Source: Callorhinchus milii
Lineage: Eukaryota
Length of the DNA stretch: 64,000 nucleotides
Direction: 5' to 3'
Assembly: GCF_018977255.1 (NCBI RefSeq)
Contig: NW_024704743.1
Span: 100,752,001 to 100,816,000 of the forward strand
Below the pieces are notes generated by a model. That model was given only the letters and a program-made list of their open reading frames with translations. It had not been told where the DNA came from and did not search any database. The first letter of the stretch is position 1. Every line of letters begins with the position of its first letter. The translations under genes were made by a program, and so were the position numbers. Below, one piece after another: positions 51,241-64,000 of this stretch.

Positions 51241-52937
51241 CTATTTTAAAGACAGCATACACTGGAATCCTCAAGCTTGCTATAGTACCAGGACCCTTCT
51301 CAATCACTTTAAAAATAACCTAGAATAGACACCAGCGTAGCAGTACAAATTAGGAATATTAACAGGGAAAGAGCTCTTCTTTTCGAAAAAGGATGATAAA
51401 ATCTGAAGTTAATACCAAAACATTCCATGAATCACAATTGGTTTTTCTTTGCGTCTTGCCTAACCTGCAAGATATTATTGATTTTAACACCGTACAAAGG
51501 ACATTCTTTTTAGATTTGAAACAAAGTTACAAATATACCATGAAGTCTTTGAAGTCCATCAGAGTGACTCTAGACACAATGAGAGCCACATGAAGACATC
51601 AGGCAGGTTTAGGACTACAATTATGAAATACTCCATAGACCACAATTATAATGTGGATCATCATAGCTGGAAGCTCTCTCACACTGACATCAATAATGCA
51701 ATAGCTCCCTTCTCTCTGTCTAATCTGAAATGTGGTATAAGAAACACAGAACACAAGTGCAAGTGTATAGTTTTAATAGGAAGGCAATGCAAAATTGTAG
51801 ATACAAATTATGTCAAAAGTCTATTTGTATGTAATTCTAGATGAGAAGTCAATTAAATAATTCACAATTACAAAACTGGAATTCAATCGGGTTAGCCTCT
51901 GGCGTTGAAATATGTTCCATTGCTCGGTGTTTGTAGTTCTGCTGTCAAATACTAATAGGAGTTGAAAAAATGCTGCAGGGGAACGTTATAGTGTTCCTGG
52001 CATCCGGTCCCCAGGAAAGCTCCTTACAATATAAAGAATGTTTGTCAATATACTCCAAGCCAACTTACAAGACCTCGACTCTGAGGCAATCATTGGTCAG
52101 AGTCGAGGTCTCGAGTCAGTGTGACGTGCATGGGTTTCTCCATTTAAAAATGTCCTTTATGTTGCAATGTGCTTTTTCTGAGTCAAAAGGAGAATTGCAT
52201 AGATTACACAGACCTTGCAGCACCGAAACAGGCCATTCAGCCCAGCTAGTCCACCCTGGTGTTTATACTCCACGTGGGCCTCTATTCTACATCAGGCCTC
52301 AACCTCTCCTAATCCCCTCTTGTGTCCACTTCCATTTCCTTTCCCTGCTACTTTCAATAGAAAAAACCTTTCCAAACTGTTTTTCTATCTTTTTTTAAAG
52401 TCAGCATTTGAAGATGATAAAGGGCTTGGCAAATATATTTGTTTGTTTGGGATGGGGAAAAACATGCCTCACTTCCACTAGTGAGACATCATTTACAGTG
52501 TATTTTAACACATTATTGGACCATTACACAATATAATCTTCACTACAATGTGCATTTGTGAAGAATTTTTTTTGGTGGGGGGCATTTTTTTCATGAAACC
52601 AATGCCTTTGGTCAGTGTTCTTATAAAATTGAGAGAATTTTTTCCCCCAAGCAGTGTGGCACTAATGTCGATGCTATAATCCCCAAACTGGCAATGGTGT
52701 GCATTGCCACTTTGATGTCAAGACCATGCTGAGTGACGTTCTGCTGTCTGCATGAGACCTTGTCCAACTTCATTTGACTTGGCGAGTCTACAAGAGATTA
52801 CAAGGCAAGAATGCTGCCATCATCAACAGGGGTTTGGAAGAAATGAAGGGAAACTGCCGGAAAAAATCTGGTGCAAGGGTACCTTGATGGAAGATTGCCA
52901 GAACATAGCATGGACAGCAACAGCTATTTGAACAATC

Positions 52938-53302
52938 ATAATAGTACTTGCATTTGATATAGCGCCTTATCACGTTGTTGAGACCTTCTCAAACCACTTC
53001 ACAGAATATAGAGTAAAGTGGATTGACTGTATATTTTGTGGGTAAAACACAGCAGCCAATTGTACACAGCAGTGTCCCACAAACAGTCCTGGATTGAATA
53101 ACCAAGTTATAATGGGGGTGGGGGGCAGGGGGCGGATGGATTATTATCCCCCCAAAAGCAATCTGCCAATCGACAAACAATCGGATTCCTACTTACTGCA
53201 AGGCAAACAGAGGTGTGTGAAGTAAGGAATCTTGCCTAAGGTTTTGCACTGCTTGGGAATTGAATTTAGGGCCTCTCGTGCTAGCCACTACTCTGCAGGG
53301 CT
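52938..53302 (-). mobile_element. tRNA-derived SINE (long subfamily)
   Basis: Reverse complement aligns end to end with 8774-9152. Confidence 0.85.
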
Positions 53303-55449
53303 CCTCTCCTGCGTGCTCATGTGCGTCTCTCTCTCTCTCTCTCGGCCACCACCTCGCTGTGACTGGGAACCTGACTGGCTGAGATCACCATATAGCACAA
53401 ACAGCATTTTTTGAGTTGAGCTTGGTTGCTACTTTTACTTTCAGGTACAACAATTTATCAACATATTCTATCGTTTCAAAAGCAAATATTCCCCTTAGGG
53501 TGGTGTATTGCTTAAGCAGGAAAATGTCACTTAAGAACGCAGATGTACTACAATCGCACTGGGAACCCACAAGGCAAAGAAAGGCCTGTATTCTAACACA
53601 CATCTTTTGCGCAATGGGCTGTATTTTCTGTTTCAAAGAGGCTGGAGATGAATAACTAGTGCTACTTTTAGCGACCATGCTAACATGATTGTAGATGTAG
53701 AAGCAAAATGTTCACCCTAACATTTACAGTATTTTCAATTTAGCAAGTTTGAATTTGAGAGTTCTAAAAGAAAAGATTAGTTTGTCTCAAATTTTTATTC
53801 ACATATCCGTCACTTGGATGAGATAGTAAACCGTGGCCCTGTTTGCCTGCTCAGGTGGACATTAAAGATTCCATAAAATACAAATTAAATTTGTATAGCA
53901 CCTTTCATATCAGGAGGACGTCCCAAGGCACTGAACAGTCAGGGATTTGGACCAGAGCATTATTCAAAAAGAGTAGAGAGTTTTTCCCAGTGTTGTGACC
54001 AACAAGCCCCAGATACCAAAAGCCACTTCATGGCCAAGCATCAGCCAGTTTGTGCACAACAATGTCCCACAAACAGCCACTTCATGGTTGTGGGAACATT
54101 GTTGTGCACAAATCGGCTGATGCTTACAAAATATGCAATCACTACACTTTACATTATATCCAGTGTGATACTTTGAGACGTTCTCCTAACGTGAAGATGC
54201 TATACCAAATGTAAGAAATATTATATTTTTATTTATTGCAGCGCCTTGGGAAGTCCTCCCGAGGTGAAAGGCGCTATATAAATGTAATTTTGTTGCTGTT
54301 GTTGGAGCAATGTCCCACAAACATCCAATCTATTCTACAACTAAGATTCACATATAAAAAGATGATTTTTTTTTCTTTCTTTCATATGCATCAAATTAGG
54401 TAAATTCTGAAATAAAGATTTTTTTAAAAAACTGCAAATATAACCCTGGGGCAAATCACCTTTCTATGTTTCAGACAACAGCGTAAACCAAAGTGCACAC
54501 CTCAGAAATCCTGTTAATCCCAACACAGTGATCGTTAGTTGCTATGATATAGAATCTGCCAAAACAAGCACCTTTTCACTTTAATGATTCACAAAGCAGA
54601 GCAGAAAGTGAAGCACTAAAATAAATCAATTCAGTCACTGTAATGCTGACACCTTCTCCCCCTTTCCTTTTTAATAAAGGGATACGTATCTTGGCAACAA
54701 GCTCTGGTAAGCATGTCAGTTGCTCGGAGACTTCAGATGAAAAATTGGAAGACCCCACAACAGATTAATGATGAGAGCAGGTAGAAAACTTGATGAAAAC
54801 CATAGCTCTAGAGAAAATTGCAATGAGGTAAAGGGCAATGTGAAAGTCTTTAATAGCTGTCATACACTCTGGACTGAATAATCTTTTGAGGGAAGGTAAG
54901 TACAATATTGATTAAAAAGATTTGGAGAAAGAAAGATTTAAGATTAGATTTAATAACTGGCAAAATACTTGAGATTGGCTAAGTATATTGGGAAGTGTAT
55001 TCTAACATTGTATGATCAATAGGGTTTTACACTTTTGTGGCATTAATAAACATTCATTTGAGTATTTATTTTCTAAATGTATTATAATTCATATGTGTGT
55101 GTATGGTGAAATACTGTAATCATTCCACTTCAATAAATTATTATTTCTTGAAAAATACAACTTTCCAGTCAATTGCCAGCAACACTTGGCAAAGCATGTC
55201 TCATGTGAATACAACTTTTACTTCTCAAGATCATGATCAATGAACCCTAATAAAAAAATTGTTACTCAGAAACTATCTTCTCGGGAATTCCAAACACCAA
55301 GAACACACAAGATTTACTGAAAGCTCAATCGGGATTTCAAATTGGTATTATCCATTCTTCTTGAAATTGATTGCTCCCGTTATTCAAGAAATACCACCAG
55401 AGATCGGAAATTTCCCATGCTCTTAGCCTCAGTCCTAAAGTTCCATCTT

Positions 55450-55765
55450 AATAATAATAATAATCCTTGCATTTGATATAGCGCTTTTCACGTCAGGAGG
55501 GCGTCCCAAAGCGCTTCACAGAACACACTGTAAAGTGAATTGACTGTATATTTGTGGGCGAACACGGCAGCCAATTGCGCACAGCAATGTCCCACAAACA
55601 GTCGTAGATTGAAAATGACCAATTTATTATTGGTTTTGGTTGTGGAGGGATTTTTATTAGGCGTGTGGAGTAAGGAAACTTGCCCAAGGTTTCGCCCTGC
55701 CTGGAATTGAACTCAGGTCTCTCACTTGCAAAGCGAGTGCTCTAACCACTGAGCTACAGGACTCC
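55450..55765 (-). mobile_element. Young tRNA-derived SINE (short subfamily), inverted relative to 39957-40265
   Basis: Intact head, core and (tta)n tail. Confidence 0.92.
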
Positions 55766-58700
55766 AGGATTGTCCAGGATTGTAAACTTAAAACGTTTAC
55801 AATCCTGGACAATCATATAGGTTCAAATAATGGTCATAAGGCTAACATCATGAGGTAATCCAAGCTTCAGCTGTAGTGAATGATATAGAAGTTTATATGA
55901 AACCCATCTTTTTGATTGTTCTAATGATGTGAACAGCCCACAGTCATTGTCTATATTTAGGTACAATTCCAATAATCTGGATACATTAATATCCATAAGT
56001 AGGATATGAACATTTTACAATACAAAGTCATAAATATCAAGGAATTTGGCACTTACTGTTATTGCTGTTTATAATGTTTTTTATGTAGGCAGTATCATTA
56101 CCGAAATATACAAATACAGGTATAAGTTCTAAAAATGACACAAGGAAGCAATTACATCTGAGTCTGTATTTACTTTATTAATGTAGCACTTTTACGCATT
56201 GAGGATTTTAATTCATTCTTAAATTTCAAATCGATTTTCTGTAGTCCTTAAAAGAAACTTACAGAAAAACAGCTTAAAAAAATACAAGAATTTACCAAAT
56301 TCTGGATAATATCAAAATGCTACATTCACTTTATGGCTGCTCGTTGCTTTGGATAAATCGGCTTCTGCATTCACCTACAAAATACAGTTGCTGCACTTTA
56401 CAGTAAATCTTGTGAAGTACTCTGAGACATCCTTCTGACGCCAAGGCACTATATCAATTGCAAGAATTATTATTATTAGATTGACATTATACTTGTAGCT
56501 TGTACTGAGAAATGGTATATTACAACTCAGAAAAAAGTACTTAAGACAGGAATAAATAAATAAGATTCAGTATGTAGGGATGCTACATAGGAAACGTAGA
56601 TTGATGCAAAACTTAACATGCGACCATTGCAAGAATGTTTTTCCCAGAACACTGCAGAGCTTGTGGATGGCAATGCTTCCTCAGAGAGGACAAAAATATA
56701 TATTGGCCCAACACAGCTCAAAAACTAACTACTTTCAAAATCTTGAAAGTATCAAAGTGACCACCAAGAACATTGTATGAGAAGAAGCGAACGGTTTGGA
56801 ATTCACCCAAAATTATTACCAGACATTAACGTGAAAAGCACATATAACATATGGAGAAGAATCACTTTGAAGTCTTGCTGCTACTTCTCAAGATAGATCT
56901 ATTCTACCAGCTAGGGATTTATGTCCCCCCTCCACCCACATTCTTCAGATTTCCCCCCCTCCCAACCCACCTCCCTTGCTCGAATGTCCAGTCAGCAGTA
57001 TATAGTATTTGGAAGCGTCCTCCCAACGTAAAAAGCGCTGCATAATTTTATCGATTGATTCCATTATAGCTCACTATATTCAACTGGCTTCATTAAGAAT
57101 TTAGAAAATCAGCCTAGGTTTTAACATAAGAAAAGATTAGAAAACTTACTGAAGGCATAAACTAATTGGTGTTCATTTTGTAACCGTCATAATTAATATA
57201 TATTTTAAAAATCATATCAATAGACTCGTGGCATCAAAATAAAAGAACGGCTTTATCGAAAATTGACCTAGTTTCCCAGCTTTAATCTGGATACAATTAT
57301 TTTTGGAATCAATCATAAAACACAAACTGTATTGTAGAGCTATTCATAATCCTTGCATTTGATATAATGCCTTATTATATCATCCGAAAGTCATCAAACC
57401 ACTTCACAGGATTTTACTGTACAGTGCAATGATTTGTACTTTGTAGGTGAATGTGGCAACCAATTTGCACTCAGCAATGTCACACAAACAGCCACAATCA
57501 ATTTTATCTGGGAGATTATTGGCCAGGACACTATCTTTTCAAATAGTTCCATGGGATCTTTAGCATTCTCTTGGACAGCCAGCCAGAACCTCAGTTCAAC
57601 ATCTCATCTGAACGACAGTACTTCTGACTTCTTGTAATAAAAGTAATTGTATATTAATCTCGTAACAATATCATGAGGAAGTGCCGAGATAATGGCAACA
57701 CTATATGTAACACATCATTTGCAATCATTGCAGACCTTTGCTTTAACCTCCCTTCAGAACATCAAAAGTCAAATGTTAACTTGCCTGAGAACTGGACACC
57801 ATTTTGAACCTGTGGGTCCAACAAACAGATGATCATTTCTACATGAGTTTGAATGGAACTTTGCTCTCTGTTGCCATAAATGATAAACACCACAGCTGCA
57901 AAAAGGTCACAAAAGATTTTTACACTGAAATCTGTGATGTTTGCATTAATACTCTCTTTGTGGTATTACCTACATTTCATAGCACAGCTTCGTAGTTTTT
58001 TTTAAAGCATCAATAATGCAGATTTATAAAACCGCAATACTTCTAAGTACTTCAAAGCAACAACTGACAGCCAGGGGCAGAAGAAGGGTATTACAGCATT
58101 TTAACAGTACATAGGCTGCTATGGCTGTGAAACAACAAGTGCAAAGAACAGACTTCATTAAAATTGGAACTTGGCAAGAATACAATAAGCTTTGTGGTGT
58201 GGCTTCAAACCAAAATGAATCCAACAGAATCCTTAATGTCTTACACAAAAGGGTTCACAACCAAGCAAATCAGATCACATAATAAATGGCTTCAGTTCGT
58301 TCACGTCCTTATGAGTTACGTCAAAGAAAGCAACTTTTTGATTTACCTTAAAATAAATGTTCAATTCCTTGTGGAGTGAAAATGTAATGGGCCATTACAA
58401 TACAATAGTCTTTCCTGGAAAAGCTAATGATAGTGAAAGGCATTCACTGCAAAATATTCTATTGCTTTCATTAGTGTCATAATGCACATAGAAGTGTTCA
58501 TCAGATCTTTTATTCTTTTTCCAAATGGTAGACAAAACTCCTCAGATGTGCAGCACAATTCCTCCAAAAGGGACAAAACTGTCTGTATGGTAAATGAAAT
58601 GACAGGAGAAATACATTGATATGCATGCCCTTAGCACTCCCCTTTCACAAGCTCACTTGTCTCAGGTCAGCATTGCTAGCTTTCTTTCCAATACTGCATG

Positions 58701-61029
58701 TAAACACCATCAAGATATGGTATTGAACGACAGATCATTGATCATTTTGCTGCAATGTCAGTATTCACCTGGTTTATTCTTCCCTTCTGGCTGGAAAAGT
58801 AAAACATCTATTTGTTCCTGAACTAAGAATTTATTTGGTGCAGGTGCACAGCGGAATAGCTTCCATCTTCACTTCACTTCACTTCTTTAGCCAACTTTCA
58901 ACTGAAGCTACTTCATTAAAAATACTGAAACACAAACAAGTGGATAGACAGAGCACTGGGAGTTGAACAACGCTGCAGCAATGCTGCAGATGAGATCCAC
59001 AGGGAAATCTTTAGGTTGGATTATTGTTGCTTCATAAATGAGGAGGAATTGTGCCGCATGCCTGTGGGCGCGCTGTGCATTTCTACACCCCCAGCTACAC
59101 CCAAACACACGATATTAAAGTCATTTAACAGGAATTTTATTACAAAAAGTCAAACTTATTACAAGGTGAAATATCGACAACAAACTATCAAGATTTATTC
59201 CCATAAATACACAGTTCCACCGATAAATATATTAAAATAATTCCACAGTGTAGTCATCCCTAAAAAAGCCTAGAATTTAGTACAAAATAATTTTTTTAGA
59301 ACAAGCAAACATCAAGATTTAAACATACACACACACACTTGGAAGTGATCCTTTCAGACCTTAAAAATACATGTTGAACTTCACGGTTTGAAGTACAAGG
59401 TTAAGTTTCTCATTAGTTGAGAAGATTAAGCAGACTTGAGTTGGATGGCTGCTCTCATCCACTTGGAGTTGTGCCCCCATTTCCCAGGCAGCATGTCATA
59501 CTTTGAATTCAGAAGTCAAGTGATGCGAAATCGGACGAAATGGGTGATGCAATTGATTCCCTGATACATTATACAGAGGAATCTTGCCATAGGGATCTTC
59601 AATATAGCATATCCTCACTTTTAGCACAGACCTATTGTATATCCATGCTAACTGGTGTTGAAGAGATTGCGATCATCAGGACACCACTAACATCACTGCA
59701 CATTGCATGCATTCACAAAGATAGCGACCGCTTGACAGCCCTGATGTTGCCTATTTTCCCTCGCTTCTAACACTGCCAATGAGAAATTGAACTCAATGTC
59801 ACAAATAATGACCTGGACATGTCCAGCACATCCAATTTTGTGCCAATAACAAATACCTGTCAGCATTACTTTTTAACAGCTGTCCTAGTCTGTGTTTTCA
59901 GATGTAACAGCGAATACACGAACTGACATATACAGTATTTCAAGGATGCAATCAGTTACTTGTATTTTATCGTCATATCATTTAACATTCATGACAGTGC
60001 TCATATGGAATGGAGCATCCGGACACGATTAATACATGCAGTGGTGCACTTCACTAATGAATTCTAAGCACAGAATAAAAATCTTATCAGCATTAATGAA
60101 CAACATGTTTCAAGTGATAGCACAACACATCCTAACATTAATTCATGTTGTGGCTGGTACACTATATAACCATGCTTATGTAGGTCTTTCAGCAGTTGAA
60201 CAGCTAAGTATAACAGCTGGAGTTTGGCAGCGCTGGGGTCAGCCAGTTATTGATGTAAACAGCACACGACAGGATCTATCTGTGAATAGAAAGCATTTCC
60301 AAAGAGAGGAGAAAGCAGTGCAAGATGTCTTCTGGGACTGTACAATGTTTTCAGGCTGCAAATATAGATTGGCTCACCACTTTTTTTTCAAAAAAGAAAC
60401 ACGATTTACTGTTTTAACCTGCCCATTATACTTCAATGGTATGAACACTTTTTTTGGCTAAAAAAATATGGACATGGTTAACTTGGCATCAATAAACCTG
60501 CAGTATTCCAAAGTAAGGAGCGTAGTAACAACAACAAAACAAAATTACATTTGTAAAGCGCCTTTCACATCGGGAGGATGCCCCAAGGGGCTGAAATCTG
60601 TCAAGATTTAAATATACACACAGAATTTCAAATCAACAAGTTTGGATCATATATTAAATAATAATTGGTGGATTTGATATATAAGCTTTCATATCGGGAG
60701 GACATCTCAAAGGGCTTCCCAGGATTTACTGTAAATTGACTGTGCGTTTTGCAGGTGAATATTGCGAAATCATCAAATGCAAGGATTACTATAATATTCT
60801 AATTTATTATTATATATCGAAGTAAGTCTCACCATTATTGTACAATTTGTGAAAGAAAAAAAATCATCATACAGCAGTTGAAAATTTTGGAAAAAAACAA
60901 GATTCTATTTTTGCTCTGAAGAATAGCGACAAACAAAATTTAACACATGAAAGCACGTATGAGGGTTTCGGCGGCCTGTAGTGTGAGACAGTAGCAGAGC
61001 CGGGCGATGTTGCAGAGGTGGGGGAAGGC

Positions 61030-61645
61030 AGAGCGGTTAATGGCACAGATGTGTCTACCCTCATTCACGCTTTCATTACATCGAGGCTCGACTATGCAAA
61101 CTCATTGCTTGTCGGCCTCCCCAACTCCTCCCTCCACAGGCTGCAGATCATCCAGAACTCTGCAGCCTGTGTCCTCTCCCGTACCAGGCTCCATGGTCCC
61201 ATCACCCTCATCCTCGCCCAACTCCACTGTCTTCCCATCACACAGAGGATACAGTTCAAGATCCTGGTCCTCACCTTCAAAGTCCTCTATGGTCTTGCTC
61301 CCCCCTACTTCAGTGACCTCCTAACCCCCTACCATCCTGCTCACTCCCTCCGCTCAGCAGGCTCTGGCCTGCTTCACGTCCCCTGCCTTGCTCGCCCCAC
61401 TATCAGCGGGCGGGCCTTCTGCCACTCTGCCCCCACCCTCTGGAACTTCATCCCGCAGTCCCTCTCCTTCGCCTCCTTCAAGACCCATCTCAAGACCCTC
61501 CTCTTCAACCGTGCTTTCGATCTCCCTGCTTCCCCCCCTGCCCTCCACCCTCCCCGAGCCCGGGTCCGAAACTCTGTCTGTCCAGGGCCTTGGGATGGCT
61601 TCCCGACGTGAAAGGTGCTAAACAAATGTAATTTTATTGTTGTAT
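61030..61645 (+). mobile_element. L2-clade LINE 3' end with uninterrupted ORF2 C-terminus
   Basis: TLIHAFITSRLDYANSLL.GLP..LQIIQNSAA..ITLILAQLH.LPI..RIQFKIL..GRAF..SAPTLWN; tail cccgacgtgaaaggtgcta..aaatgtaa. Confidence 0.93.
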
Positions 61646-61749
61646 TGACAAGATTTCCATTAACAGCCTAGATTATTTGGCAAAGAGGTTTGTTGGCATA
61701 TTTCACAGAGAGGGGACAGGTCACCATGCACAACATGAAATATAATAGA

Positions 61750-62250
61750 GAACGTGAAGTGATTCACTGTGGAAGAATAAGGATGCTGATTATACGCTGA
61801 ATGCTAGCAACCTAAGAGGAGAAGACAAGCAAAGGGATTTAGGTTGATAGGACTCTAAAAGTAGCACAGATGGCCAAGGCCATAAGAATGGAAACAGAAT
61901 CCCTGACTTTGTGTCTTGAGAAAGATTTAAAGCAGTGAGGTAATGTTAAATTTATATAAAACCTTGGTTAGTTCACATTTGAAGACTTCTGTGCAGTCCT
62001 GGTCACTGGAAAGACACTGCAGCATTGGAGAGAGTACAGCATAGATTTACAGGAATGTCACCAGGAATGAGTGGATACATCTATCAAGAAAGATTAGGGG
62101 ATTGTTGATTTGCCAATCTAGCCAGGCTGTCACCTAATACGCCCATGAGGGATATGGCAATGGAGGTGTATAGGAGCGAATAGCAGGGGCTCATGTGGAA
62201 TAAAAAAATCAGCACAGATAAGTGGACCATATCGTTCTACGTAATTCTAT
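61750..62250 (+). mobile_element. Old CR1 fragment
   Basis: tttatataaaaccttggttagttcacatttga..tgtgcagtcctggtcac..ttggagagagtacagcatagatttac. Confidence 0.7.
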
Positions 62251-64000
62251 GCAATTCTCATCTGCATCTCTTTGACTGTTGGATCTGGATACGGAAATGT
62301 GGTCATGAAATACCCTATACCCTGGGGCCAAGGGAAGACGGTTAAAAATATACATCTTAAAAGTGAATCATCATTCGGAGACCCCTGCAGGATTGTGCAT
62401 GTGTGGAAATTGGATGAGGGCAGTAACTGGCTAGTCCGTGATTTCTTCTCCCCCTCGCCTCGAGGTCAAATAGCTTGCCAATAATCAACAAACAGACATT
62501 TAGGCGAGGTACGGGAGGTCAGCCAGTGTCTGTGGAAAAGCAGCACCAGAAGATGGAACAAAGATCACAAGAAAGGAAACCAGCGAGCTTGGGAAAACTA
62601 GAGAAAAAGTGACAAAAAAAAGTGAGTGGGGAATAAAATCATTGCAAAGAATACATACACAAGAGAGACTCAAATTTCAAATGTTTGTGACAAGAAATCA
62701 ATGGATATTTTTCATGTCAGGGTTCTTTTATATTTGAAATTACCATATTTATGTGGATTGATAAAAGTATGTGTTGACAACAGAACCAAAATTGGATTGA
62801 CAGAAACAAAAATATTTTTTTTTAAAAAAAGGCTTCAGATCAGTCTTTTCATTCAAGTTGCAGGTTTGTGAGTTAAAACAACAAGAGACAACTCGAGGGC
62901 ATGCTGTGCACTGCAACATTTCATTTACATAACTTTACAGGAAAATAACCCACAGTGAACCAAAAAATCCTCAGTTTTCAATATATCTTAAAATCCAATT
63001 ATCTTGAATTGTCCTGTCAAAATATCAATTTCGTCTTGAAATGCATGTTCAAAAGGCACAGAACAAATGAGAACTACACTAAACAACCCAGTCTCTTCCA
63101 AAAAAAAACACAGGTTGTGAAATTTTGTAGCCCATTAACATTGAAACTAGCAGCTTAATTACCAGCATATCATATCAACTGACTGAGTCTGAAACATCCA
63201 AAGGCAGTGATTCAGCAAGTCACAGCTGCTAATGGGGTAATAAGAAGCATATCTGAAAGAAAACATGCAAAGACTCCAAAAGCATGTGCCTTTCTTTCTT
63301 GGGTTACACTGATTAAATATGAACCCTGGTGCAGGAAATACCTAACAGTAACTGGAGAAAGCATTTGTGCACTCGCCTTGTTCTATGAGATTCCCCTTCC
63401 CCCCACATCCCACCCACCCCAAAGGATGTATTGCAAAACCCACAAAATGGTTCTTGAAATAAGGAAGCCTCACATGCAGAGGGTAGAAGTTAGGCAAGAA
63501 AAAAAAGATCATTTCTAAATATTACACAAATGTTTCCAGTGGATCCAGCACTAAATGGCAAGGTAAAGCACCCCTTGCACTATTTTCAGGATTTCACAAT
63601 CTTCTCCCCAGCTTGCCTCTCACCAAAACAAACAATAATCATTTCGATTATTTTACAAAGGAGATATCATTCAAACAATAATAACAGAATCAGTGTGATT
63701 AATATCTGAGCCTGGGCTAATCCCCTTTCCTGCAGTAATAGCAGGGCAACTGCAGTCTTCGATGCGGATACGCCCAGATTCAATTATTCACAGCAACGGC
63801 TGTGCATCTGAAAAAATACAACGTGCCTGGGGGTGGGAAAGAGCAACCTCAGTGCAGACTGCGGCAACCCAACAAAAATAAGATGTACCTTGGAATTCAA
63901 GGAAGTAAAACTAGACAATTATATGTGGTCCAGCTTTGATACTTTCTGCCTGTAAATGTAGTACGTGCAGCTCTGTGGGAACGCTGTGTCATAATCACAT

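Noticed and set aside
53385..53678. 97-aa minus-strand ORF as an upstream EPB41L3 exon
   Set aside because: No similarity to the expected pre-FERM exon (..CKV.LLDG..Y.CDVE); no such exon found in 49662-64000

Overview
Eukaryotic genomic DNA, most likely from a cartilaginous fish. This is inferred from the CR1/L2 LINEs, Deu-domain tRNA-derived SINEs and a Penelope-type terminal repeat. The window is dominated by one minus-strand multi-exon gene, EPB41L3 (protein 4.1B/DAL-1). I traced it from the first FERM exon in the window (49557-49661) through the FERM-adjacent, U2, SAB, U3 and CTD exons to the stop codon (5171-5173) and a terminal 3'UTR exon (about 1920-3177). Splice phases are consistent throughout. 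The 5'-most exons were not found and presumably lie beyond base 64000. Introns contain many retroelement fragments, MITEs and a miniature Gypsy-type LTR element with a 5-bp TSD. The most notable observations are: a minimal hammerhead-ribozyme motif in a Penelope-like repeat; a young, near-identical inverted SINE pair bracketing five FERM exons that sum to a stop-free 531-nt frame; a 40-bp hairpin that pairs fully only on the transcribed strand; several extra in-frame candidate exons and stop-containing micro-exons; and a conserved hydrophobic cassette exon with a long AG-exclusion zone. I see no convincing evidence of a wholly new biological system. Most short ORFs in the track are noise or repeat remnants. 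Repeat boundaries are approximate, and comparisons to human 4.1B are from memory.
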